Positions 30,601-38,624 of a stretch of DNA of 64,000 nt are shown one piece after another. Where the stretch lies: positions 672,001-736,000 of the forward strand of contig CM000436.1 of NCBI GenBank assembly GCA_000165345.1, given 5' to 3'. The position numbers and the translations under genes are program-made. Position 1 is the stretch's first letter, and every line of letters begins with the position of its first letter. Under the pieces are notes generated by a model. It made no database searches, was not told the origin of the DNA, and was given only the letters and a program-made list of their open reading frames with translations.

Positions 30601-32089
30601 GAGTATTGTCTTGTTTAATTAGAGACTTCCAACACAAAATTAGTTCATAATGAGCAGTAATAATTTCTCTTACTGCTTGTATATCCCAGCAAAAGTACTT
30701 AAGTCCATTCTTTGATTCAAAAAGCTCTTTTTCAATTACAACTCCTTCATTTGAAGTATCAGTATAAGCTGTGTGCCCAGGTAATATTGCAGGAGCATAA
30801 AGTCTATGGAAAATAGCGCAATACTGAGTAAGCACATTTAATAGCGAGCTGATCGTATCTTGGTCTTGGAAGACACTACTAAAGATGCAGTGGCATCTAT
30901 CTAGAAAAAGCTTAAATCCTGAAAGAATGGAATAATGTAGTGATACTGCAATTGTTTCAGATTTACTATTTAAAAGTGGTGTGAGAGCTGAAGCCGCAAC
31001 TGCATGGTACTGTCTCCACCTAACAGTATAAATGTTGTTTTGTAGTAGATCTTCACATTTATTATTTTCCTTGAGAGGTTCTGAAAACACGCCGACAAAA
31101 GTTGGAAAATATTTGCTTTTCTTACTCAATAAAGAATTCAAAATTTGAAGATAGACTGAAAGAAGCTTTGGAGCATGTTGCTTTAACTGCTCATCATCAA
31201 TTACTTGAGCAAGGTGGCCAAGAGTCTCCAAAGTTGGAAATGAAAGAAAAAAAGCTTCTTTGTCTTTTTGTATTGCTGGAACCCAATCATTTAGAAGTGC
31301 ATCAAAGGCCGTTCCAATTAACCCAGCAAGCGCTGCCCTCTCTATGCTACTGCTTCTAAGTGCGTCTGCAACATCTGCTAAACAACGAACAAGTTCTACC
31401 TTTGAAATAAAATTGACGGATGTGTTCTTAGATCCAGAATCCCCACTGGCAGCTTTGTGTAAAAGTGAGAGTAACTCCACTATTATATCATGGCCTTTTC
31501 TACAAACTAATTCTGGGAAAATCTTAGAAATTGCAGAAATCGCAACAAGAGCCGAAGATACCCCACCGCTTGAACAATTTGTACGTGACTCTTCAGCAAC
31601 AATAAGAAGAATCTCAATTAGTTTGTCTGGAATTAAAAATACCAAGCTAACAATTACCTGTAGAAGTGCAACTCTTCTTGGATCATTATTCTTCAAAAAT
31701 ATGTATTCGTTCAGCACAAATCTGGTAAGACCCTCAAAAAACTCAATATCTTCTGCTGAAATATCACTGTTAATACTAAAATTTGTAGCATTTATTATCC
31801 CAATCCCTTCCACATCTCCTTCTGCCTGATTTAGAACAGCATCACCGGATATTGCGTAGCTAGAAATGATCAAAGATAGAAGTCTAAGTAAACTTAGTTG
31901 ATGATTTACTGAAGTATGGCTAACTTGTAGAAAAGATGTAATCGCATTTGAGACCAACCCCACACAATTAGATGAAGCTGTAGTACTTTTTGCAAAGTCC
32001 ACAACAGTCGAATAAACAGAAGCTTCGGTCACTAAATCACAGTTATCCAACGAGTCCAACAAGCAGAACAAAATTTCCGCTGAATCCAT
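21623..32089 (-). CDS. Giant (3488 aa) alpha-helical, HEAT/ARM-repeat-like protein with low-complexity inserts; unassigned
   Basis: A single 10.5-kb ORF with an ATG at 32089. The repetitive amphipathic helical character (L/I/S-rich pairs of helices) suggests a solenoid. No kinase, GEF, ATPase or other catalytic motif was recognised. An N/S/T/G-rich insert lies at nt ~27180-27500. Confidence 0.8.
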   Translation of the reverse strand: MDSAEILFCLLDSLDNCDLVTEASVYSTVVDFAKSTTASSNCVGLVSNAITSFLQVSHTSVNHQLSLLRLLSLIISSYAISGDAVLNQAEGDVEGIGIINATNFSINSDISAEDIEFFEGLTRFVLNEYIFLKNNDPRRVALLQVIVSLVFLIPDKLIEILLIVAEESRTNCSSGGVSSALVAISAISKIFPELVCRKGHDIIVELLSLLHKAASGDSGSKNTSVNFISKVELVRCLADVADALRSSSIERAALAGLIGTAFDALLNDWVPAIQKDKEAFFLSFPTLETLGHLAQVIDDEQLKQHAPKLLSVYLQILNSLLSKKSKYFPTFVGVFSEPLKENNKCEDLLQNNIYTVRWRQYHAVAASALTPLLNSKSETIAVSLHYSILSGFKLFLDRCHCIFSSVFQDQDTISSLLNVLTQYCAIFHRLYAPAILPGHTAYTDTSNEGVVIEKELFESKNGLKYFCWDIQAVREIITAHYELILCWKSLIKQDNTRETVIRFLFENIDIKSANRLSTMFILSNVIEDIPFEKVSRIGESEITVAENSNSPFGCLMFRLARTTLEQGLDYSIAFILCRIICELSQHGFLHIGATSECSIVEDLGKGSSKTEQGANESEEQEGIHLTNKGGNKDIWISPSPSSAEMLTYFLRLLAVPEQKAKNEHLRHLQRQKADYLKTIQGCEGTKIPVIYPPSLWDLRCNAQLILSEELTALVPDLLWPLLIDAVNHLKLGSAMPTVCESLSKSCQNLYRKTTPEVFIRAFKFQSTKYLTVSDPFKIFIWLCMYAHDPHIYNGVLAYWSLQCLQWISPMVVSTPSCIWACIPSQRLQSLIEIADTIISPAKVKDSQNCVSAQTFSNSLHEASEISNLSSKIDIDCWFPLVDECISYIFSGISGGGVSSSPLNQVERQDLLTKKTDSSTGEAEKEHKAGIKSSDIVNDTLTNLLLALFSACKDIRSDKLQKSSETPTELQRAGMYSLLGLLLREISSHESSDSEKPEETNLNFLRETLISNILDGLLTPDIINSNESNVTNVAAASGGSLAGSQGRSGGELSKDLLSSNEIQIFKDLSKRFSDLQHFFHAIGINSTILQRSCGRGIGYASSHQNHFVHISEYLLDLIRSDAANKRSGAFSFFGKSLAVVQAEQLRSTLILSLGHSIGEVPILLFNSATETVRKILQVLETAVKEEKELQLQCSALKAIQVAFQALSSSESNQELTLSSRINSVLSRFHSGEGNTKLKKGIYGLDCGDISLELFSSFRDRIFPYLLTIIVFSASIELPPAPLNSMLLLKAASGMPYSTSSSISSQRIHTDPSGSYIRSMVKYRDISIGSFESLEYSHEDLGTINTINDFDTPCGEIPSSEKLGRGSNQYSESEDAKFGPFNLTLSVLSVLSENPHMISDSGNVNFSDVFCSSLDMSPNLGSSTISANPALKNVISNLSYMKNKNSLGINSRNGSFGDSCSSIEISPGGAKIGLARYHYNGIQNGNSLSKSSHDGNKRLSDTFKQTNSFSGSGSTEISGLTSVDSKINSNISSSTQQPSGISNTFPNSLGTSGQTKNLSNINLNTSNNTATGSANIGPANTMNSGNNSNVNTTSGNTTGNNTTTGTSGGLISSSGNLSNSNNNSATGNTNSQANSVVFNKLLLDALDASISLISFPSPLLPQHIPLVLSSCLTILVTVSSRIQFRCLTREDFSIFYKRNIDTFNLPTPSLNIIDGGYRLEEMMNIIEDSSVPSSSSEVSVFKILESLDRLYLSIYKSHMPSWAGLTHLLEGLLGLAATSTSSVLRCICIHVVYCLLCEAPLVEIFQQSQIIQKPENDSVLFNNKNSEGVPPKGTWVSWMHCIALVLGRTCDSCLYVRLIAFECIKECMKRCIWTQKIDLSQIMVIDFGADDSLKYSNNRMSWASFSNNLEVESENDQKRINGEPTGDQQKILSDIQSLILPPTYLDLLYNLASCIPAYCLRPLCQHILPSFHDADKITARSSVETVRVLFSINKNILESESFACKIVSSLFEEISSIKDSELQHFVYLLIRNVVSFKFQAAISEIFRKCIQPQKYINHIVANDSLSGDFIGDALTNNSGGLSSEWTTVEIPLENGKSNTNTLEGSANSAMVRGLKNMINVICIVDPIYSKAISYIGKDKSLLLESFRYLTDVLNNTEQKYLDIIEMNEKLCIKILSSSNINISSTNSSTQAPLNTAMSPTHNSVTNLIGTGIVVSGTFSMGIAASAGGVASAGSFSLANKSLLFPFSIFSILSSEHINVRSSTLALDILLQTNDSAIKILAKRHFPELISTILLRCCSTLGYINMGALESSNALRSLFLALNDSDAILTFFDANQLKLSLIKPNEFDYAIGKLLCYLFIHNPDITTSMISFIKPFLKRVNSIYSMSALILLAPTPLGIYYKDFMKYTKPYEKATEESNSEIHVSSDENNPDNIYNLDFLDCILNIIKTSNNPYSKKSGFIFFQWYFWYCLESRRYPSKDFLLKFVNICFTNVIGSSLFRRETNKTARGNLNLRGFRLKEKNYQELNESREEFNGSRDFDTFEEYKSRNGTDDEDNADFRNRIKLGVSEHEKENSDESINKDTDENDSMSNSFTDLSGGESSNEIDPEEFGRRKSSLDKFDLTETPITTRNRLVFADYLKECLVCLRYLVCLISKISIGFSLQFIPDHPTIYLKYVQEERVPTGTEEGDSFYIEFIELLFLSQGESYDGQVQVESFQTAVFESEELSKALTCKNKIPEIFVDFITNSDMDMNITSQKMYLLLDILILIKQNWEKMKPSLGEIEQLRSSIKKLLIPLLVRLEGPTLELSRSVWRSVQLILSIILDEHEWSKVVNEIHRKMILDDLIVQNSSSLSLMGYQNSIGSPISTNLSPTSMNKVRISKSLSGINTEKLSSSDSLRRIDSRLQTDERPNADNIQVINVDSIALSYELFGDDMYQYILPSKYSKISKTIIKDGVSTIMDIFHNGITDSNLSSEANPSNKFIQIKYSGECEVLNDYLLPILNPVETNSYQQFLNCIVPFIIYSEILRDGSLKLKPEYQRSDQNFRRGSGKNMIVSVSDRHDRSEKDFTGFGTKLSKLTLKELGRKIDDCHMYLNKCRYYFPKEVWEITETAFSTIPKELDRIRKEAETQHLLFNRNIFGEMVNDYFDSNVGIGVLGQKSFLNKDIETSDLNSSPYSDSQSNHFSFSNYSPNSGMISIPTFAKTALSRFNTLWNNNKALGAIKDDFDGPRKVAKATDLAIEPELSKETTDIKNCSNKKKLGHNLSSSNSLNTIEELESRKVDTSGHERMDMNSSNEFFLEDASKNTNKDLNSPVSLSFIPKDDRLPESLEQQINIKKMELISEYIKYPSIFKSLEKYKEDNEEINAEIEGISAILASTFIKYISTELFQHLYTSEVFMLMACKEISKVDAISGTNSNLDSDFHLEEHLSGEQLSNCLDNEELMATIDKLLSLESLVAAICKQISTFVAQSQSPSRHRFAKALANLVYISFKP
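27180..27500 (-). repeat. Low-complexity Asn/Ser/Thr/Gly-rich coding insert in the giant gene
   Basis: The translation reads ...NLSNINLNTSNNTATGSANIGPANTMNSGNNSNVNTTSGNTTGNNTTTGTSGGLISSSGNLSNSNNNSATGNTNSQANS... The opposite strand produces the artefactual ORF 27231..27437. Confidence 0.8.
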
Positions 32090-32291
32090 ACCTATAAATC
32101 AAATTTGCCTTGACTCTCCGCTCGTCAAAATACTGCAAATTTAATCCAGAATATTGTATTTGGCTATTACTTTATATTTTAAATATTCATTAATATGTAT
32201 TTCCAAATGTTCTACTCGAAATGAAAACTATAAATTCCTTTGTATTCGCCTCTTCATATTTGCCCCCCTTTAAATAATTGTATGACATTTG

Positions 32292-32297
32292 GGCGCC
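32292..32297. promoter_or_regulatory. GGCGCC (E2F-like core) in a divergent promoter
   Basis: Read directly (tttGGGCGCCtga), 203 nt upstream of the giant gene ATG (32089, minus) and ~500 nt upstream of the ATG at 32793 (plus). Confidence 0.4.
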
Positions 32298-32792
32298 TGA
32301 ATCTTCAAAATTTCTTTGAATACATGCAAGTAAAAATAGAATTCAAAACTAATGGGATACTATAGTAACACTATCATAAAATATAAAGGTTTAAATTTCA
32401 TGAAAATTTTGAAGAAGTGTCATTTAATTTATGACGACAATCGTCTCATTAACCCAAATGATATTGTTGGATCTTTTTCTCAACTAGTTTAATAATAGAA
32501 TATTCAAGGATTAGCTTAAAAAGCTGAAATTAATTTAAATATTTAAAGCTTAGACTTTATTAGATACAAATTTATTGTTTTTATGCTTAAAACTTGACAT
32601 TATGTTAATGTAGTTTCTGTATTTGATTCTTTAAATCACTAGAAAAAAAAATAAAAATAAATTAATGTCAGATGTGATATGCCGCTTGCGGTATTTTAAA
32701 TTGATTGTAGGATTTTATATAAGTAACTTTCGATATCCAAGTATAAGTGAAAAGGAGTGAAGTATTCACATACAAAACCAAATTATTGTATA

Positions 32793-34079
32793 ATGAGGCA
32801 GTATTCTCCTATAGATATTGCACTAGATGATGACCTATTTTACTCTTTTAGGATATCTATGGGTATATTTGACTCGTTAATTTCCAAAGATGAAGAGGAA
32901 AAGGTCAAACGTATATTTCAGAATAAGAAATCCTTAAAGGTTAATGATATTGACTTATACAGACAAGGTTTTTTGAAGAAAATTGATTTAGGTGAAAATG
33001 ATCTGACTTCTGAGGTGTTTACAGAAACCAATAATTTTCTGTCCTGTATTGGGAAACTTGACGATGAATTTATACATCTTCTATTTCAGTTTAGTGAAAT
33101 AATCATATTGGATAATTCTAGTTCAAAACTAGTGTTGGCTGTGAATGAATCAATTTCATATAATTCAGGTATAGATGAAAGTTGCGAATGCAAAGTTTTA
33201 CCCATAAACTCTTCAATATTTGGTTTTGTAGATTATATTGATACGAGAAATGATACCATAAAAAGTTTTATATCCAAATTTAATAAGAAAATGTTTGACT
33301 CATCCCCATTCTTAGATAATAAACATAAACACAATAAAAATGAATTTATTACATATATTAAACTCCTCCTCAGAGTTTCATTTATAAAATCGATTTGTCT
33401 TTTAAAAATGTACGGGAAAAAACTTCCGATTTATTTGTTTGATGGAAGTCAGCTATTAATTAAAATTGAACCGATATTTAATTCTTTGAATGAGAACTGT
33501 ATGATTTCGTACAAAGTGATTGATGGGCAAATAGATTCATCAATAGTGAAGGTAGATTTAGATTACTACCAATTCAAATGGTTTCATTCATGGAAAAAAA
33601 TGCTTAGGAACTCAAGTGGCTATTTATTCCCTCACAAAAATAGCATGTCTCAATTTCTACCGAATAAAAAACTGTGTTTGCAAAACACCAACAACTTTGA
33701 ACACACTTTAACCCCATTAAGAAAATCCTTATCTAATTTGAATTATGAGGATTCAAATTTTAGTCCTAATAATGAAAAACCAAGTAAAAAAACGTCCAAA
33801 TCTAATCAAGTTCACACGCAAAACAAAGATATTGATACTGAAGAAGAAAATGATAGTTCCTTGAAAACAAATGATGAAAGCAATCCTAATTCTCCATCTT
33901 TGTCCAAGACGACTAATGACGTTATAAACGAATTGCTAAATAAGCCCAACCCTAATATACAATCTTCTAAACAAAAAAAAAAGAGATCTAAACAAAGTGA
34001 ATCTTCAGATATTGAAAATTCCCAAGACTACGTGGATAAATTGATTCAACAACAAACAATGCAGCTCTTTAACCTTTAA
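32793..34079 (+). CDS. Hypothetical protein (428 aa) with a basic, Ser-rich C-terminus
   Basis: The track ORF starts at GTG (32757) and the first ATG is at 32793 (MRQYSPIDIALDDDLFYSF...). Clean ORF, no family recognised. Confidence 0.6.
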   Translation: MRQYSPIDIALDDDLFYSFRISMGIFDSLISKDEEEKVKRIFQNKKSLKVNDIDLYRQGFLKKIDLGENDLTSEVFTETNNFLSCIGKLDDEFIHLLFQFSEIIILDNSSSKLVLAVNESISYNSGIDESCECKVLPINSSIFGFVDYIDTRNDTIKSFISKFNKKMFDSSPFLDNKHKHNKNEFITYIKLLLRVSFIKSICLLKMYGKKLPIYLFDGSQLLIKIEPIFNSLNENCMISYKVIDGQIDSSIVKVDLDYYQFKWFHSWKKMLRNSSGYLFPHKNSMSQFLPNKKLCLQNTNNFEHTLTPLRKSLSNLNYEDSNFSPNNEKPSKKTSKSNQVHTQNKDIDTEEENDSSLKTNDESNPNSPSLSKTTNDVINELLNKPNPNIQSSKQKKKRSKQSESSDIENSQDYVDKLIQQQTMQLFNL

Positions 34080-34323
34080 AATATTTAAAAACTACCAAAA
34101 TACAATCTTAACACTTTTTTGTCAGTTATGTTTAACCAAAATTCCATCTTGATTACTTTAAACTGCATTGTCTTATTGCATGTATTATTAATTAATTTGA
34201 TGCCCCCCATTATGTAAATATTATAACTTATCTCGAACAAAAGTTCAAAGAAGTAGAAATAAATATAATAGATAAACATGATTAATTTACTAGTATTTTC
34301 AAGGTATCTTGTTAAATGTAAAA

Positions 34324-36420
34324 ATGGGTTTTAATATTTTTTTTCTTGGGATTTGTATCTCAATATTAATATTCTCCATAAGCGGCGTAAAATGTAGATT
34401 ATACTATGAAGATAATTTACTTGTTACTGATGAAGAATACGATGTAATTATTATTGGAGCAGGAGTTTCAGGCTGTTCAATGGCTAATGTTTATGCTAAT
34501 AATGGGAAAAAGGTTCTCCTTTTAGAAAGAGGTGGGCCAAGAGAGAAACATCCAAAAACCTTATTGACAAAGGGAGCTCCAGGAGTAATCACAGATGAAT
34601 CTATAAGTGAAGCTATTACGACATCAAACGGAACTCTGATGAATGTTGCAAACATTGTTGGAGGTGGGGCCAGTATTAATGGAGGATTTTATGTTGAACC
34701 ATCTACAGAATTTATGCGCAAAACTATTGAAAGCAGCGGTGCTACGTTTGATCAAGAGAAATACCTAAATGCAAAGGAAATTATTCGTAACTCAGGTATT
34801 TTAAACACCGACAACCGTCTCGAAGATAACACTTTTCCAAAAGCAATGTTTGAGGCTATGAAAAATATTAAAGAGTACTCTGGAAATGTTAGCGAAGTTC
34901 CTATTTATTATCCTGAAGGAAGTAATACATTTGTTACTGTTTCCCAGTTTAACGAAACAAATAGGTCATCAGCAGATATTCTTCTTTCTCATGAAAATAT
35001 AAAAATTTACCCCTATGCAGTTGTAGAATCCATACAGTTTAACACGACGGATGAAAACCGTGATCCGTATAGCTTAAAAAAGAAAGTAACTGCTCAATGC
35101 ATTTTGGGAAGAATGAGGTCCGAAAGTGATGGTTTTGTAAGTGTAAGTTCTGGAATGACACATAGAACTATTTATAACAATAATGGCCCTAAGTTCAAAA
35201 TTTGTCTCAATAAACCTGATTCATTTATCGTTCTTGCTTCAGGTGCTATTTACAGTCCTGCGATACTTATGAAAAGTGGTATTGGCCCAACTGAAGTTCT
35301 TAGAAAGCATGGCATTCCTCCAATTAAAATTCTAGAACAAGTTGGTAAAAATTATCATGATCATTTACAATTCGGTTTGTTTGGAATTTTGAAAGAAAAG
35401 CAGCCTATGTCTATTCAAAAAGTATATAGTTATAGCAATTGTTCAAAATATTATCCAGATCCTCCTAATATTTATGATGAACTCAGTCTATTCCACCATA
35501 AGGAGTCTGAACAAAAAAATGGTAGTTCAACTCTTTCTAAAAATTCGTTTGATTTACTACTAGAACCAATTTTAAGTAACCCCGAATCGCCATTGTTTGT
35601 TCCACCGGAACCAACTGGGCCACAATACGAAGATGGAAATTGCTACTCTACAATACTGAACGAAGTTTCTGGAGAATTGTGGATTCCTTTTGCAATATCT
35701 CAAATAATTTATAGAAAGTCTAAAGTTTTAATGAATCCTCTCTTGAATTATCTTTCTCTTTCACTTAGGACCAAAATTCTTAATGCTTTGGAAAGCAATA
35801 ATACAAGAATTTCTGATGATGGTTTTAATAAAATGTTACAGCCTATGAATGATTGTTTTGAAAATGGATCAGCCGCATTATCCTTCCTTACAATACCAAA
35901 GAGTAGAGGATCAATCACTCTAGACGAGATGGGACTCCCAGAAATTAATAGTTCAGACTTTTCAGATCCCATGGATGTTGAGGCAGCAATTGTTGGAATG
36001 AAACACTTAATTCAAGTAATGACTTCACAAAGTGTCTCCTCAATTCTTGAGAGTGAATTGAACTCATGTATCGCATCTATTAGAAATATTTGGGATTCTT
36101 TCCCATTGTTTGGAGGAATCAACGAGAATAATGTTATTGGATTTTCTTCAAGAGAACAAAATGTACCAGCTCTTATTCCCCCTCTACCGAAGATTATAAA
36201 TGATAAAACAGCATTTGATATGGTTAAGGAGTCTTACTCAACAATTTGGCACCCAACCGGTACCTGTTCATTAGGTTCTGTTGTTGATAGTGATTTTAAC
36301 GTGAGAGGGACTACAAATTTGAAAATAGGTGATGCATCTATTTTCCCCGAAGTTTCAGATGTAAGCCCACTTGGATCAGTATTTCTTTTGGCAACGTATA
36401 TTGCTTTAGTAACATCTTAA
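34324..36420 (+). CDS. GMC-family (glucose-methanol-choline) FAD oxidoreductase with an N-terminal signal or anchor sequence
   Basis: The first ATG at 34324 gives MGFNIFFLGICISILIFSISGVKC (signal-like). YDVIIIGAGVSGCSMANVYANNGKKVLLLERGG is the ADP-binding beta-alpha-beta motif plus the GMC N-terminal signature context. The C-terminal HPTGTCSLGSVVDSDFNVRGTTNLKIGDASIFPE matches the GMC C-terminal substrate and His region. Confidence 0.85.
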   Translation: MGFNIFFLGICISILIFSISGVKCRLYYEDNLLVTDEEYDVIIIGAGVSGCSMANVYANNGKKVLLLERGGPREKHPKTLLTKGAPGVITDESISEAITTSNGTLMNVANIVGGGASINGGFYVEPSTEFMRKTIESSGATFDQEKYLNAKEIIRNSGILNTDNRLEDNTFPKAMFEAMKNIKEYSGNVSEVPIYYPEGSNTFVTVSQFNETNRSSADILLSHENIKIYPYAVVESIQFNTTDENRDPYSLKKKVTAQCILGRMRSESDGFVSVSSGMTHRTIYNNNGPKFKICLNKPDSFIVLASGAIYSPAILMKSGIGPTEVLRKHGIPPIKILEQVGKNYHDHLQFGLFGILKEKQPMSIQKVYSYSNCSKYYPDPPNIYDELSLFHHKESEQKNGSSTLSKNSFDLLLEPILSNPESPLFVPPEPTGPQYEDGNCYSTILNEVSGELWIPFAISQIIYRKSKVLMNPLLNYLSLSLRTKILNALESNNTRISDDGFNKMLQPMNDCFENGSAALSFLTIPKSRGSITLDEMGLPEINSSDFSDPMDVEAAIVGMKHLIQVMTSQSVSSILESELNSCIASIRNIWDSFPLFGGINENNVIGFSSREQNVPALIPPLPKIINDKTAFDMVKESYSTIWHPTGTCSLGSVVDSDFNVRGTTNLKIGDASIFPEVSDVSPLGSVFLLATYIALVTS

Positions 36421-36665
36421 CAAAAAGTTATTCTTGATATATTAGTTAATGCATTGTAATGAAACAAACATATCTTTTATTTAACAAAAATAATTATTGA
36501 TTTCTTCTTTAAGTTTAATTATTTGATTAATAATATTAGATATTTGCTGATGCAAAATTTTGATATTTTTTTGATATTTTAGATCCTTCCCTCGTGCATT
36601 ACTCGAAAAACGCAATTTCAATAACAAAAATATTCCAACAAAACAAAAATTTACTTATTAGAAAA

Positions 36666-37562
36666 ATGAAAAATTTGAAATATAAATTTCTTTTATTTAT
36701 TGCAATTAGTCTTTTGTTTATTTCTAAAGTTAAGAGCAGCCGTATAATCTATTTAGATGAAAATGCAACAAGACTAGAAAGTAATGCAACTGAACCTATA
36801 TCTAACAATAAATTTCCATATCTTCCTAATATTAGTAATGATACTTTTAATAATATGCAAGAGAATATTATTAAAGCAGTTGTCGGATTCGATAGCTTTA
36901 TCTTCGATATTGCTAAAAATATTACAAGCGGAATGAGAATAGCACAATTTTTCATTTTAAACAAGACGAAGACTTTTATTCTTCCATTTGTTATGTTTCC
37001 AGACGAAAAAAGTTTTGAAAATTTTAAAAATTCTACTTCGAATGAGACAGAAGTTGACAATCTCAAGTTAGAGAAACTTTTTCCAATAAATATTAATTTA
37101 CTAAGTCCTAACAAAAGTAATTTCACAAATTCCACTCTTGAAGAAACTTTAATTAAACCTGAAATGCTCATTCCATATCTGAGAGGTAGTCACAAAACGA
37201 TAAGATACAATGACACAACAAATGAAAATTTAAAGAATTTTACAACTGTAAATTCAACGGATGATTCAGAAAAAATAATCAATTCAACATTGATCCGGCT
37301 GAATAAGTACTTATTAACACCAAATAATGGTTCATTGAACATAAATAATCAAACAAGTAGACTTAGATTTCTTCAGTTTACTTCAGCTTATGGATTAGAA
37401 GATATTAGTGATCAGCAATTTGGACAAGATTTAAATTATTTAGATGGAATCCCAAATGTAGGAGGTATTTCTTCATTTGCTCAAGATTATGATCAGTGGA
37501 TACCTTCTAATAATTTCGATTTTTATAATGGTTACGGATTTGACTTTTTGTTCATGGAATGA
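36666..37562 (+). CDS. Secreted protein extremely rich in N-glycosylation sequons (298 aa)
   Basis: The first ATG at 36666 gives the signal peptide MKNLKYKFLLFIAISLLFISKVKS. I counted 17 N-x-S/T sequons: NAT, NAT, NIS, NDT, NIT, NKT, NST, NET, NKS, NFT, NST, NDT, NFT, NST, NST, NGS, NQT. There are no Cys residues after the signal and no TM or obvious GPI tail. Confidence 0.65.
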   Translation: MKNLKYKFLLFIAISLLFISKVKSSRIIYLDENATRLESNATEPISNNKFPYLPNISNDTFNNMQENIIKAVVGFDSFIFDIAKNITSGMRIAQFFILNKTKTFILPFVMFPDEKSFENFKNSTSNETEVDNLKLEKLFPININLLSPNKSNFTNSTLEETLIKPEMLIPYLRGSHKTIRYNDTTNENLKNFTTVNSTDDSEKIINSTLIRLNKYLLTPNNGSLNINNQTSRLRFLQFTSAYGLEDISDQQFGQDLNYLDGIPNVGGISSFAQDYDQWIPSNNFDFYNGYGFDFLFME

Positions 37563-37570
37563 AAATAACG

Positions 37571-38107
37571 TCATCTTCTAAGTGAGATATCACTAACTAT
37601 AGAATCATAGGTGTTTTTATAAGTTTTGAATTCTTCTCCTAAGCTTTCAGCTACTAATTCTGTAAATTCGGCAAATAATTTATCTTTATCTTTGGAATCC
37701 TCATCCATAATAAGTGCCAAAGCTTCCGTTTTATTTTCAGAATGTTCAATAAACTTTATCATTTCCACTAATCTCGGGTTATTTCTTAAAAGAGATGAAA
37801 GTCTTTCGTTAGAATTCAATGCTTCTTTTTCCTTTTCAGTCAAATCGAATTGCTCTGTTTCCTCAATAGCGCTTTCTAATTTCATTTCATTGCATATTTC
37901 TTCAAAATTTTGATCTGATTGAAGTGAGTCACTTATTTGATTACTTTTAAGGCTACATTCTTCTCTTGAGTGAATCTGAAAACATTCCAACGAACAAAAT
38001 TTCCTTAAACAACACTTAAATTTATATTTTCCTATGTTAACTCCACAAATCACACAAATTTTATCATTGATAAGAGATCCTGTCTCAGATCCTTCCATTT
38101 TACTCAT
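37571..38107 (-). CDS. HIT-type zinc-finger protein (ZNHIT3/Hit1-like, box C/D snoRNP assembly family)
   Basis: The N-terminal CVICGVNIGKYKFKCCLRKFCSLECFQIHSREEC matches the zf-HIT pattern (C-x2-C...Y-[KR]-C-x2-C...CS-x2-C-x3-H). The following LSSLLRNNPRLVEMIKFIEHS resembles the ZNHIT3 middle region. Confidence 0.75.
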   Translation of the reverse strand: MSKMEGSETGSLINDKICVICGVNIGKYKFKCCLRKFCSLECFQIHSREECSLKSNQISDSLQSDQNFEEICNEMKLESAIEETEQFDLTEKEKEALNSNERLSSLLRNNPRLVEMIKFIEHSENKTEALALIMDEDSKDKDKLFAEFTELVAESLGEEFKTYKNTYDSIVSDISLRR

Positions 38108-38397
38108 TTTTATTGATGTTTATTACCATTTTTTTAATTATAACTAAAATGAAAAGTATCTTACCATCTTTATTACAAATTTTTAGTTCGGCGGTTTGGA
38201 AATCAAAATATAATTTTGATTTATTGATCCTAAATGTGTTTTATTCTTAACGAAAGATGTTAGTAATAAGGAATTATCCGAACCAAAAGGAAATAAATAT
38301 AAAAGCAGTGATTTACTATCTTATCAAAAATTAAAATAATAAAATATTACAAGCCTTTTTAATATTCAGGGTATTTTTACTTGATTAGCATGTAATT

Positions 38398-38405
38398 TGC
38401 ATGCA
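38398..38405. promoter_or_regulatory. Palindromic TGCATGCA motif in a divergent promoter
   Basis: Read directly: gCATGtaatTTGCATGCAaac (38388-38407), between the zf-HIT gene (ATG 38107, minus) and the monooxygenase gene (ATG 38625, plus). Confidence 0.35.
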
Positions 38406-38624
38406 AACTAATTAGATTTTAATGAAATTAAATTATGATTTTAGAAATAAAACAAGCAAAAAAATAAATTAAAACTTTAAGATTTTAACTTATTCGTATT
38501 TTATTTGAAAAATAAAAATGTTTTGAAGGCGCTGTAATATAATTCAGTTAAAATTAAAACTAAATGAATTTGTAAATAGGTTAATCAAAGAGATAAGATA
38601 TGATTTTGGAGATTGCTCATAAAT

